Source: an uncultured Spirochaetota bacterium (GTDB lineage: Bacteria > Spirochaetota > Spirochaetia > SZUA-6 > Fen-1364). Taken from it: a stretch of DNA of 64,000 bases. Shown one piece after another: positions 20,969 through 30,862 of the stretch (position 1 is its first letter; every line of letters starts with the position of its first letter). A program made the translations under genes and the position numbers. A model generated the notes under the pieces. It made no database searches. It was not told the origin of the DNA and worked only from the letters and a program-made list of their open reading frames with translations. The stretch spans positions 135,308 through 199,307 of the forward strand of contig CAVYIU010000007.1 of NCBI GenBank assembly GCA_963768665.1, given 5' to 3'.

Positions 20969-23149
20969 ATGTACACCGTCACAAAAAGAGAACGCACCGT
21001 CACCCTCATAGGCATCATGGTGGCGCTCCTCCTCGGCGCGCTGGACCAGACCATCGTGTCAACCGCCATGCCGAAGATCCTGCAGGACCTCAACGGCCTG
21101 AACCTGTACACGTGGGTCGTCACGGCCTACCTGCTCGCCTCCACGGCGATGATCCCGATCTATGGAAAGCTCTCCGATATCTACGGCCGCAAGGTCGTCG
21201 TGCTCATCGGCGTCTCGCTGTTCCTCGCGGGCTCCATCCTCTCGGGCCAGTCGCACAGCATGACCGAGCTGATCATTTTCCGCGCCATCCAGGGGTTGGG
21301 CAGCGCGGGGATCTTCTCCACCGCATTCACCGTCATCGCCGACCTCTTCACTCCCGTGGAGCGCGGCAAGTACCAGGGCATCTTCGGCGCCGTGTTCGGC
21401 ATCGCGAGCGTGATCGGTCCCTGGCTGGGCGGGTTTCTCACGGATAACCTGTCATGGCGCTGGGTGTTCTACGTGAACATGCCCGTCGGCCTGGTCGCGC
21501 TCCTGCTGATCATCATCCAGATGCCCCCGTTGAAGCCGAAGCTGGAGCGCAAGGTGAAGATCGACTTCCTCGGGTCCGGCGCGCTGCTCCTGGGCATCAT
21601 CCCCCTCCTCCTCGCCCTCACCCTCGGCGGGCAGGAATTCCCCTGGGGTTCATGGCAGGTCATCGGCTTCTTCGCCCTCGGGGTGGTCGGCATCCTGCTG
21701 TTCATCCTCGCCGAGCGGCGGGCTGCCGAGCCCATCATCCCGTTCGACCTCTTCAGCAACCGCACCTACGTGATCGGCAACGCGGCCTCCCTCCTCATCA
21801 ACGGGGTCGCCTTCTTCGGGGCCATCGTGTTCCTCCCGATCTACATGGTCATGGTGGTCGGCGTGTCCGCGAGCGCCGCAGGACTGACCATCATGCCGCT
21901 CACCCTCGGGCTCGTCGTGGCAAGCCTCATCGCGGGCCAGGTGGTCAGCCGAACGGGCCGCTACAAGGTCCTCATCCTCGCCGGGACCGTGATCGTGCTC
22001 GTCGGCTACATCCTGATGCTCGGCCTGACGGCAACGTCCAACCGGTGGGACGTGACCTGGCGCATGATCATCCTCGGCATCGGCATCGGGCCCGCGCTGC
22101 CCATCTTCAACCTGGCTATCCAGAACGCGGTCAAGCCGCAGGAAATCGGGGCCGCCACCAGCAGCACGCTCTTCTTCCGCCAGATCGGCTCCACCGTCGG
22201 CATCGCGGTCTTCGGCACCATCCTCGCGACGGTGCTCGCCGCCCGGCTTCCGATTTACATGCCGCAGGAGCTCCGTGGCGGGAGCATGGGCGCCGTGACC
22301 TTCAACATGGGCCAGCTGGAGTCGGGAAACCTCGCCTCGGTGGGGAACCAGATCAAGGCGGGCGTCGATGACACCTACGCGAAGATCTCGGCGGTCCTGA
22401 CGAAGGACGACGCGAACGCCCGGGCCAGCCTCCTGGCCAGCCCGCAGGTTCCCGCCGACATGAAGGCCATGCTGCAGTCCGGCGGCATCGCCGGCCAGGT
22501 CAAGGCGGGCATGGATGCCCAGTACCAGGCCATCTCGGTTGCACTCATGAGCGGCAAGACCGCGGCCGTGAAGGCACTCGTGGACGATCCGAGCCTGCCT
22601 GCGCCCCTGAGGGACCAGCTGGGACGCATCCCCGCGGCGGCGCTGGGAAGCGCCCAGGGCGTGAAGGGCATCCTCGCCGGGATCCGCCAGGGAATGGATG
22701 CGCAGCTTCCCGCGGCCGTGGCGCAGGCGACCACGGCCGCGCTCGCGCAGATCAGGACTGCCATGGACAAGCAGGCAGCGACGCTCACCAACGGCGTGAC
22801 CACGGCGCTGAAGAAGTCGCTCACCGAGGCCATCCTGCGCGTGTACTTCTGGGGCATCTTCGTGGTCGTCGCCGGGCTCCTGGTGACGGCGTTCATCCCG
22901 GAGCTCGCCCTGCGCAAGACGCACGGGCACGCCGGGGTCGTCGGGGAGGGGATGCCTCCCGCGGACAGCACAGGGGACGCCCGGCAGCATGGCGGGCAAC
23001 GTGGCACCTTCCAGCCCCGCCTCTCCCGAGACATAAGCTCTTCACGGGCCGGCAGGCCCCCGCTTTCCTGCCGGCCCTTCTTTTCACGCGGGGGCGCGCG
23101 AAGGCAGCGATTCTCATTTTGCACCTTCAACGGGATCACGGACCCTTGA
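20969..23149 (+). CDS. MFS transporter, DHA2 (EmrB/QacA-like, 14 TMS) with a large TM13-TM14 insertion; 3' end uncertain
   Basis: ATG after AAGGAG. LDQTIVSTAMP and GKLSDIYGRK motifs. I counted 14 hydrophobic segments by eye. A strong hairpin plus T-tract lies inside the last 100 nt of the ORF. Confidence 0.85.
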   Translation: MYTVTKRERTVTLIGIMVALLLGALDQTIVSTAMPKILQDLNGLNLYTWVVTAYLLASTAMIPIYGKLSDIYGRKVVVLIGVSLFLAGSILSGQSHSMTELIIFRAIQGLGSAGIFSTAFTVIADLFTPVERGKYQGIFGAVFGIASVIGPWLGGFLTDNLSWRWVFYVNMPVGLVALLLIIIQMPPLKPKLERKVKIDFLGSGALLLGIIPLLLALTLGGQEFPWGSWQVIGFFALGVVGILLFILAERRAAEPIIPFDLFSNRTYVIGNAASLLINGVAFFGAIVFLPIYMVMVVGVSASAAGLTIMPLTLGLVVASLIAGQVVSRTGRYKVLILAGTVIVLVGYILMLGLTATSNRWDVTWRMIILGIGIGPALPIFNLAIQNAVKPQEIGAATSSTLFFRQIGSTVGIAVFGTILATVLAARLPIYMPQELRGGSMGAVTFNMGQLESGNLASVGNQIKAGVDDTYAKISAVLTKDDANARASLLASPQVPADMKAMLQSGGIAGQVKAGMDAQYQAISVALMSGKTAAVKALVDDPSLPAPLRDQLGRIPAAALGSAQGVKGILAGIRQGMDAQLPAAVAQATTAALAQIRTAMDKQAATLTNGVTTALKKSLTEAILRVYFWGIFVVVAGLLVTAFIPELALRKTHGHAGVVGEGMPPADSTGDARQHGGQRGTFQPRLSRDISSSRAGRPPLSCRPFFSRGGARRQRFSFCTFNGITDP
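23046..23085 (+). terminator. rho-independent terminator candidate
   Basis: GGGCCGGCAGG (23046-56), a 10-nt loop, CCTGCCGGCCC (23067-77), then TTCTTTTC. Confidence 0.6.
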
Positions 23150-23173
23150 AAAGTGGCAAGAACGGCCCTTTGA
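23145..23173 (+). promoter_or_regulatory. sigma-32-like heat-shock promoter candidate upstream of htpG
   Basis: CTTGAAA, a 14-nt spacer, then CCCTTTGA, compared with the E. coli consensus CTTGAAA-N13-14-CCCCATNT. A second CTTGAAA at 23276 has no matching -10. Confidence 0.3.
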
Positions 23174-23325
23174 GAGTCGTGCAATATGAGAATTCGCTCC
23201 CTCGGCGCCAAACTGAGAACTGCTGGCGCGAAGGGAGGGGCGCTTTACTGCGCGTCCGTTTGCGGTTATTTTCCACTTGAAATCCATGTGATCGTTTTTT
23301 GCGCACAGCCACGGAGGGACCTTTC

Positions 23326-25184
23326 ATGTCCAAGCACCAGTTCCAGGCGGAAGTCAACCAGCTCCTCACGCTCATCATCCATTCCCTGTACTCGCACACG
23401 GAGATCTTTCTCCGCGAGCTCGTCTCCAATGCGTCCGACGCGCTGGACAAGCTGAAGTACCTCACCCTGACGCAGGAGGAGTACAAGGGAGTGCCCTTCG
23501 CTCCCCGCATCGACATCTCCTTCGACACGAAGGACAGGAAGACCCTCACCATCGCCGACACGGGCATCGGGATGAACGAGAAGGACCTGGAGGAGAACCT
23601 CGGCACCATCGCGCGCTCGGGCACCCGGGAGTTCATCCAGGCCATGGCCGCCGACGCGAAGAAAGGCTCGAGTCTCATCGGGCAGTTCGGCGTGGGCTTC
23701 TACTCCTCCTTCATGGTGGCCGACACCGTGGAGGTGGTCACCCGGAAGATCGGCGAGGAGAAGGCGTGGAAGTGGACGAGCGACGGCAAGGGGGAGTACG
23801 AGATCAGCCGAGGCAGAGCGGGACGGCGCCGGCACCACGGTCATCCTCCACCTGAACGAGGCGGGCAAGGAATACGCGGATCGATGGCGGATCGAGGGCA
23901 TCATCCGCAAGTACTCCAACCACATCGCCTTCCCCATCCACCTGCACTACCAGGAGGACGGCCAGCACGGCGGGAAGGTGGACAAGGACGTCCCAGGTCA
24001 ACGCGGCCCTCGCCCTGTGGCGCCGGCCCAAGACCGAGCTGAAGGAGGAGGACTACAAGGAGTTCTACAAGACCCTCACGCACGACGCCGAGGACCCGCT
24101 GCACTGGATCCACCACTCGGTGGAAGGCGCCCTCGCGTACACCACGCTGTTCTTCATCCCTTCCCGCGCCCCGTTCGACCTGTACCGCTACGACTACCAG
24201 CCCGGGGTGAAGCTGTACATCAAGCGGGTGTTCATCACGGAAAGCGAGAAGGAGCTCCTGCCCGTCTACATGCGCTTCGTCCGCGGCATCATCGACTCGG
24301 AGGACCTCCCGCTGAACGTCAGCCGCGAGATCCTCCAGAAGAACCGGATCATGGAGAACATCCGCTCCTCCTCGGTGCGCAAGATCCTCCAGGAGCTGGT
24401 CCAGCTGGCGAAGAACAAGGAACAGTACGAGAAGTTCTGGAACGAGTTCGGCCGCGTGCTGAAGGAGGGCATCCTGCAGGACTTCGAGCACAGGGACCAG
24501 CTCCTGGAGCTCCTGCGCTACAAGTCGACGGCCGTCCGAGGGCTGGACGAGCCTCGCGGAGTACCGCGACCGGATGCAGAAGGACCAGAAGGCGATCTAC
24601 TACATCACCGGCGGCCGCGAAGCGGGGCTGCGCAACTCCCCGCTCCTGGAGGCGTACAAGGCGCGCGGCCTGGAGGTGCTCGTCATGGACGACGAGATCG
24701 ACGAGATCGTCGCCTCGTCCATCGGGAAGTTCATGGAGACGTCGAGCTGAAGGCGGTGAACCGGCTCCGCCACGGCGGAAGACCTGAAGACCGAGGAGGA
24801 CGCGGGCAAGGCCGCGGCCATCGAGCCGCTGCTGCGGAAGGTGAAGAAGTGCCCTCGGGGACCTGCGTGAAGGACGTGCGCGCCTCCCACCGCCTTGCGG
24901 ATTCACCCTCCTGCATCGTGGTGGACGAGCACGACCCCACCATGCAGATGCAGCAGATACTGAAGATGATGGGCAACAAGGACCTTCCCGAGGTGAAGCC
25001 GATCCTGGAGCTCAACCCGTCCCACCCCATCGTGACGAAGCTCGCCGCTGCCCAGGATGAGGCGGTCATCGACGACATGAGCCGTCTCCTCCTCGACCAG
25101 GCGCTCCTCGTGGAGGGCGGGGAGCTCCGCGACCCGGCGGGGTTCGTGAAGAGGATGAACAGGGCGCTAGAAAAGGCGCTTTAA
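23326..25184 (+). CDS. htpG: molecular chaperone HtpG (Hsp90); at least 6 frame breaks
   Basis: ATG after [83 protein letters not shown] and the C-terminal ELNPSHPIV are distributed over three frames. Confidence 0.93.
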
Positions 25185-25190
25185 GCCCAG

Positions 25191-25334
25191 CGGCCCGTAC
25201 CCGGGCTCGCGGGGCGGCCCGTACCCGGGCTCGCGGGGCGGCCCGTACCCGGGCTCGCGGGGCGGCCCGTACCCGGGCTCGCGGGGCGGCCCGTACCCGG
25301 GCTCGCGGGGCGGCCCGTACCCGGGCTCGCGGGA
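25191..25334. repeat. 24-bp tandem repeat, 6 copies (CGGCCCGTACCCGGGCTCGCGGGG)
   Basis: Direct reading. Five perfect copies and a sixth with one mismatch, starting 7 nt after the htpG stop codon. Confidence 0.97.
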
Positions 25335-25434
25335 GTCGTAGACGGCGGCGCGCAATCCGTGAATACTTTCCTCATCCGACGACACCGACCCGCGGTGTCC
25401 GCTCCCGCGGCCGCACTATCCGGAGGGCGCTGCC

Positions 25435-26403
25435 ATGACGAAGACCTACCGCATCCTCGACGGGAGACTCTCCGAGTCAGGCAGCGGGGAGTCCAACGTC
25501 CTCCTCTTCGTGAATCCCGACGAGCAGGAGCGCAGGACGCTCGTCACCGAGCTGAAGATCGACGAGCACACCCTCACCTCCGCACTCGACCCTGACGAGC
25601 TCTCCCGCCTGGAGTTCGAGCCGGACCACGCGGCGCTCATCATCAATCGTCCCCGCAACTACTCCTCGAAGGACGAGTTCTTCTTCACCGTGTCGTCCAT
25701 GGGCCTGTTCCTCTTCCGCGAGAAGATGGTCATCGTGGCCCAGGAGGAGCTCATGCCGCTGGAAGGAAACCAGCTCAAGCGCATCACCTCGCTTCCCGAC
25801 CTCCTCCTGAAGATCCTCTTCCGCACGACGCTCCACTACCTCGAGCACCTGAAAATCATGAACTCCATCGCCGACGCCCTGGAAGACAAGATCCAGAAGT
25901 CCATGGAGAACCGCGCCCTCATCAACCTCTTCACGCTGGAAAAGAGCCTCGTCTACTACATGAACTCCATCCATTCCAATGGGGTCGCCATCGAGCGGCT
26001 CAAGGCGAGCGCGGCGAAGATCGGCTTCTCCCCCGAGAACCTCGAGTTCCTCGACGACCTCGTTATCGAGAACAGCCAGTGCTACCGGCAGGCCGAGATC
26101 TACTCCACCATCTTCGCCAGCCTCATGGACGCCCGCGTGTCGGTCGTGAACAACAACATCAGCGTCCTCATGAAGACCCTGAACATCATCACGATCTCGA
26201 TCATGGTCCCCACATTCGTGGTGAGCGTGTTCTCCATGAACGTGGGCATCCCCCTGGCCGAGCGGCAGTGGGCGTTCTGGGTCATCCTCGGCCTCGCGGC
26301 GCTCGCCTCCGGCGTGGTCGCGCTGATCTGGCGCTCGCGGGGAAGGACGCGGGAGAGGCCACGGCACCGACGCCGCCTTGCGCAGGGAACCCGGCCCCGA
26401 TGA
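25435..26403 (+). CDS. corA: CorA-family divalent-cation channel with non-canonical SMN signature
   Basis: Intact 322-aa ORF after GGAGGG. Cytoplasmic domain plus two C-terminal TM helices. VSVFSMNVG occupies the position of YGMNF (SMN codons at 26233-26241). Confidence 0.8.
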   Translation: MTKTYRILDGRLSESGSGESNVLLFVNPDEQERRTLVTELKIDEHTLTSALDPDELSRLEFEPDHAALIINRPRNYSSKDEFFFTVSSMGLFLFREKMVIVAQEELMPLEGNQLKRITSLPDLLLKILFRTTLHYLEHLKIMNSIADALEDKIQKSMENRALINLFTLEKSLVYYMNSIHSNGVAIERLKASAAKIGFSPENLEFLDDLVIENSQCYRQAEIYSTIFASLMDARVSVVNNNISVLMKTLNIITISIMVPTFVVSVFSMNVGIPLAERQWAFWVILGLAALASGVVALIWRSRGRTRERPRHRRRLAQGTRPR

Positions 26404-29055
26404 AGCGGGCCCTCGGCGTTCTCCTGAAGGTGATCCTCGGCATCGTCGCGGTTCTCGTCCTGGGCGTCCTCGTTCTCGCCGGTGCGTGGCTGTTCCGCCG
26501 CGAAGACCCCACGGCATTCCTGCCCGCGAGCTACGTCGCCTACCTGCAGGTGCCGTCCCTGCGCACCGTCTACGACCAGTGGCTGAACCTGGAGGCGGCC
26601 GATGTCGTCCTTGCCCGGCCGGACCTCGCCGTGTACCGCTCGGTGGTGGCGGACGTGCGGGGCCTCGCGCTGACGCGCTCGCCGCTCCTGCGGGAGCTCC
26701 TGGACGTGCACGCGGACGTGATGCTCCTTCCCGGCGGGAAGCTCGTGGCCGTGCTCGAACTCGGGTGGAGAGGCATCCTCAGCCCCCTGGCGAGGATCGT
26801 CGGTCCGCAGCTCGGCGTGAAGGGATTCAGCTTCCTCAACGACGCCGGCACGCCTCTGTACCGCTACACGACCGGCGGCACCACCATCCACGCTGCTATC
26901 GTGAACAACGTGGCGGTGGTGTCCCTCGACCCCGACACCGTGAAGGCATCGCTTGCCCTCGGGAAGTCCGACACGGGCCTGGCGGCGAAGGCGGGCAGGG
27001 ACCTGCTCCGGCGTATCCGCCTGCGGGCGCCGGACCGGCTTCGCATCCTCGTGGACACGCAGGCCCTGTCGACGGACCTGCTTTCCGGCAGCCCCCTGGG
27101 TGCGAAGATCCTGGATACCGTGGAGATCCCCGGCCAGAGCATGCTCGACCTGAAGCTGAGCAACGAGAAGCTGGACCTGAGCGCCGCCATGCCCGTCTCC
27201 GTGTCGCTGCCGGCGCTGGCCAAGGCGCTCGCGGTCGCCCCGTCCCCTATCGGCGTTCTGCGCTACGTCCCGTCGCGCGCCACGCTCCTCTCCCTCACCA
27301 ACATCGCGCCCCTTGGCGACCTGTACGCGATTGCCGCCGTGTTCGAGGGCAAGGACGTGCAGGACATCTACGCGAAGGCCGACGCCGGGGCGAAGTCAGT
27401 GATCGGGATGGGCATCGACACGCTCCTCTTCTCGTGGGTGGGAGCGGAGGCAGGGGCCTTCATGCTGCCCGGCGCCGAAGCCGTGTTCTTCGCCAGGATC
27501 TCCGACGAGCACGCCTACGAAACCTCCCTCGCCGCGCTGACGGGTTCCGCCGTGGCCGGCAAGGACACCTCGCTCGTCCTGGACGGCGTGCGGATCGATC
27601 GTCTCTCCATCCCCTGGTACGTGGACCTCATACTCCAGACCCTCGGTGTCAACGCCCCGCAGCCTTTCTTCCTCGCTCGGGGAGGATATCTTCCTGTCCC
27701 TGGAAGCGCAGAATCTCGCCGCCGTCGCGAAGGCAGCCGACACGGGTGACAACATCGCCGCGCACCGGTCCTGGGCGACTCTCGCGCGGGGCAGTGCCGG
27801 CAAACGCGTCCCTCCTGCTCTGGTACGATGTCACCCAGGCCGAGCCTTTCTTCCTCCGCGGGGAGAGCCTCCTCGCCGACGTGCTGCGTCTCTACGCGCG
27901 GGGAGCCGTGACCCTCAGTCTCTCCCCGAGCGAAGTGAACGTGTCTCTCTCCGCCGAGCGTGCGCTCGGCGCCGGCGCGCGCGCCGTGCCCGGGGTTCCC
28001 AGTACGCCCCCCGGACGGCGCCGCGGCGACGTCCTGGCGTTCCGCTGGACGGGCGCCGGGGCGCCGTCCCTCGCGTGGGTGCGCGGCCGCGACACCGTCG
28101 TGCTCGCCGACGCGCAGGGCGCGAAGAGCGCCGAGGTGAAGCTGGAACCGGACCTCTCGTTGCTGCTGGAGAGGGATCCTGACGGCACGGCCAGGGCGCT
28201 CTGGGCCGTTTCCTCTGCCCGGCACGGCGTGGCGGTTCGGTCCGCGCCTGGAGCTGCGCGCTCCCTTCCCCGTCCCGACCGGCATCGTGAGCCCGATGCC
28301 CCCGGCATTGCTGGACGGGAAGCTCGCCCTGTACTCCCGCCGGACGCGACCCTCGCGTTCGTCGCGGCCGACGGCACCCGCACCGCGGCGAGCCTGCGGC
28401 TGGACGCGCAACTCCTCCAGCCGCCCGGACATCCTCCGCGGCTTCCTGGCTTTCTACCCGAAGAGCTTCGATGCGCGCGTGCACCTCACCGACGTGACGG
28501 GGCACGAGGCGCCCGGCTGGCCCGTGCAGGCGGCGGGCATCTCCTGGTGCGCGCCCCGTCTCCTCGCCACGGCGGACGGCGTTGACGTTTCGTTCCTGAC
28601 GCAGGCGGGGTCGCTGCACGTGTGGAAGCAGACCGGTGATCCCCTGCCCGCCATTCCCCATCCAGCTGCCCGGGGTTTTCTACGCCACGCCGGAACCCAT
28701 CACGGTGGACGGCTCCGCGGCGCTGGCGGCCCTGGCGCAGGACGGGACGGTCAGCCTCGTCGGGTTGGACGGCGCCGTGCTGCGCCAGGCAGCGCTACCG
28801 GACGTGGACGGGCGGGACGCCCGGATCGAGGTCGCCGACCTGCAGGGTGACGGCAGGTGGGAAATCCTCATCTACGGCTCGGGCGCCTTCATCGCCGGGC
28901 TCGATTCGTCCCTGCGGCCCCTGCCCGGGTTCCCGGTGAAGGGCGTCACCCGCCCGCAGATCATCGATCTCAACAGGGACGGCGCCCTGGACCTGGTGAC
29001 GGCCGGGCTCGACGGGAAGATCTATGCGTACACGGTCGGGAGGGCAGGGTCGTGA
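26400..29055 (+). CDS. large membrane-anchored hypothetical protein with C-terminal FG-GAP/VCBS-like repeats; at least 6 frame breaks
   Basis: The ATG overlaps the corA stop (ATGA). N-terminal TM helix MKRALGVLLKVILGIVAVLVLGVLVLAG. C-terminal DLQGDGRWEILIYGSG and DLNRDGALDLVTAGLDGKIYAY. Pieces lie in ORFs 26079.., 27646.., 26378.., 28287.. and 28636... Confidence 0.6.
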
Positions 29056-30153
29056 GAGGGCAGCACGCCCGCCACGGGGCGCGCGCGGCGGCGGCCGGCG
29101 CCGTCCTGGCGCTGTTGGCCGCTGGCTGCCAGACCACGCGCCCCGACCAGGTCGTGACAAGCCCCGGAGGAGAAGAGGTCGTGGCGCTGGACACCTATGA
29201 CGCGCGCCTCCTCGATCTCCGCCTGGCCCCCGCCGCCGCCGCGCTCTCGCGCCTCCGCGCCGAGCTGGACCGCACGGCCGCGGCGCCCGGGACGAGCCGG
29301 CGCATGCAGGCGCGGGTGGATGCATTGCGTGCCGAGGCCGCGCTCGCCGCCGGTGACGCCGCCGCGGCCCGCCGGCTCGTCGACGCAGCGGCCGCCCTTG
29401 CCGACGCGGAGGAGGGCGTGTGGATCGTGCGGGCCGCGCTGGAGAGCGACCCGGCAAAGCGCCTTGCCGTGCTCGAGCGCGGCCTGGCCGCGGCCGACAC
29501 CACGGCGCGGCTTTCCTGCGAGCGGGGCGAGGCGCTCCTGGCGGCCGGCCGCTACGCCGAGGCTGCCCAGGATCTGGACGAGGGGCTGCGCGGGCTGGAC
29601 CCGTCGTATGCCCGGCTCTACGGCCCGGGACCGGGACAAGGCGCTGACCCTCGCGCGGGCGGCGCGGGACTCCGGCAGCGCTTCCGCGGGAACGTCCGCG
29701 CCCGCGCAGGCCGCGGGGCTCGAGGCCCCCCTGACCACGAAGACCATGGTCGCGAGGACGCTGCAGGACAGCCACCTCCTGTCGTCGCTTTCGCCTGACG
29801 CGAACCCCGGCTTCGCGGACGTGCTGCCGGCCCTCAAGACGGCCGGCCTGCTCCTCGACCCCGCGACGCCTGCGGACAGCCCGGTGAACCGCAAGTCGGC
29901 GGCGTGGTACCTGTGGGGGATCGTCGCCCGTGCCGAGCACGACCCGCAGCTGCTGACTGTCTACCGGCAGAAGTACACGACAAGCCCGGTGCCCGACGTG
30001 GCGGTGAGCGACCCGTGGTTCGACGCGGTGCTGGGCACCGTGGAACGGGAGATCATGGACCTTCCGGACGGCGTGCATTTCAGGCCCGATGACCCGGTCA
30101 CCGGGCTGGAGTTCGTGTCCATTCTCGCCCGGATGAAGAAGCTCTACCCCTGA
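29052..30153 (+). CDS. lipoprotein with Ala-rich TPR-like region and SLH-like C-terminal motifs; one frame break near 29620
   Basis: The GTG overlaps the upstream stop (GTGA). Lipobox LLAAGC. The C-terminal part (ORF 29197..30153) has VNRKSAAWYLWGIV and VTGLEFVSILARM. Confidence 0.55.
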
Positions 30154-30157
30154 GCCG

Positions 30158-30862
30158 CTATTTCCAGATTCCCGAAAGCGACCGAGCGCGCGCGTCCTCT
30201 CCGAGGCTCTCCAGCCCGCAGGTTCCCAGGACCAGTTGCAGGAGCGAGTACAGGTCCGCCGTGCCGTCGAAGCTTCCCGCCGGCACGCCGGCGCCCGCGA
30301 GCACGGTCGCGATGGGCGTGGTGGCAACCGGGTTGGCGGGCGCGCACTCGTCGAACGTCACGATGAAGAGGCTGTTGTGCGTCCGCGCCCACTACGAGGT
30401 TCTCCCGCAGCCAGGCGTCGCCCGCGGCCACGGTCCCATCGTGCATATCGTTGTCGAGATTCGGAATGACCATTGCCACCATCGGAAGCTTCGCGTCGTC
30501 TGACGGGAACCTGCTGAACGGGAGAATGTCGGAATCCGGGACGTTCGTGAAGCTCGGCGCGGCATTGTGCCGGCGCACGTACCTTCCCGAGGCCCAGCCG
30601 CGGAAGCCCGGCGACGGGAGGCCCTCGCTGTAACTGGCAAAGGTGAGGCCCTTCCCCGCGAGGCGCGTAGCAAGGTTGGGCGCGGTGAGATCGTGCTGGT
30701 TGTCGTCCGTGACCCCGTTCAGCGACCCGCTGAAGAGGGCGATGTCGTTGGGCTGGCTGGGGTGGGCGATGCCATGCATGTGCGTGAGCGACGTTCCCTC
30801 CGACGCGAGGAGGTGAGCACGAGAAAAAGGGCGGCCATGACCGCCGCCATCCGCTTCTCCAT
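30158..30862 (-). CDS. phosphoesterase-family protein (PlcN/AcpA-like), short form; 2 frame breaks
   Basis: Signal peptide MEKRMAAVMAALFLVLTSS, then HPSQPN, IPNLDNDMHDG and IVTFDE. The N-terminal ENxSFD-type segment expected in this family is not seen, so the gene may be truncated. Confidence 0.55.

Noticed and set aside
19521-25334. Possibility that the two tandem arrays are CRISPR arrays
   Set aside because: The units abut each other with no unique spacers. The unit lengths (20 and 24 bp) and copy numbers are too small. No cas genes are in the window.
25167-25385. 72-aa minus-strand ORF encoding (REPGYGPP)x6, and the other-frame ORF 25181..25375
   Set aside because: Both exist only because the 24-bp repeat length is a multiple of three. 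The first has a GTG start with no Shine-Dalgarno sequence and overlaps the htpG 3' end, and both minus frames are open. I treat it as a DNA/RNA-level repeat, not a protein.
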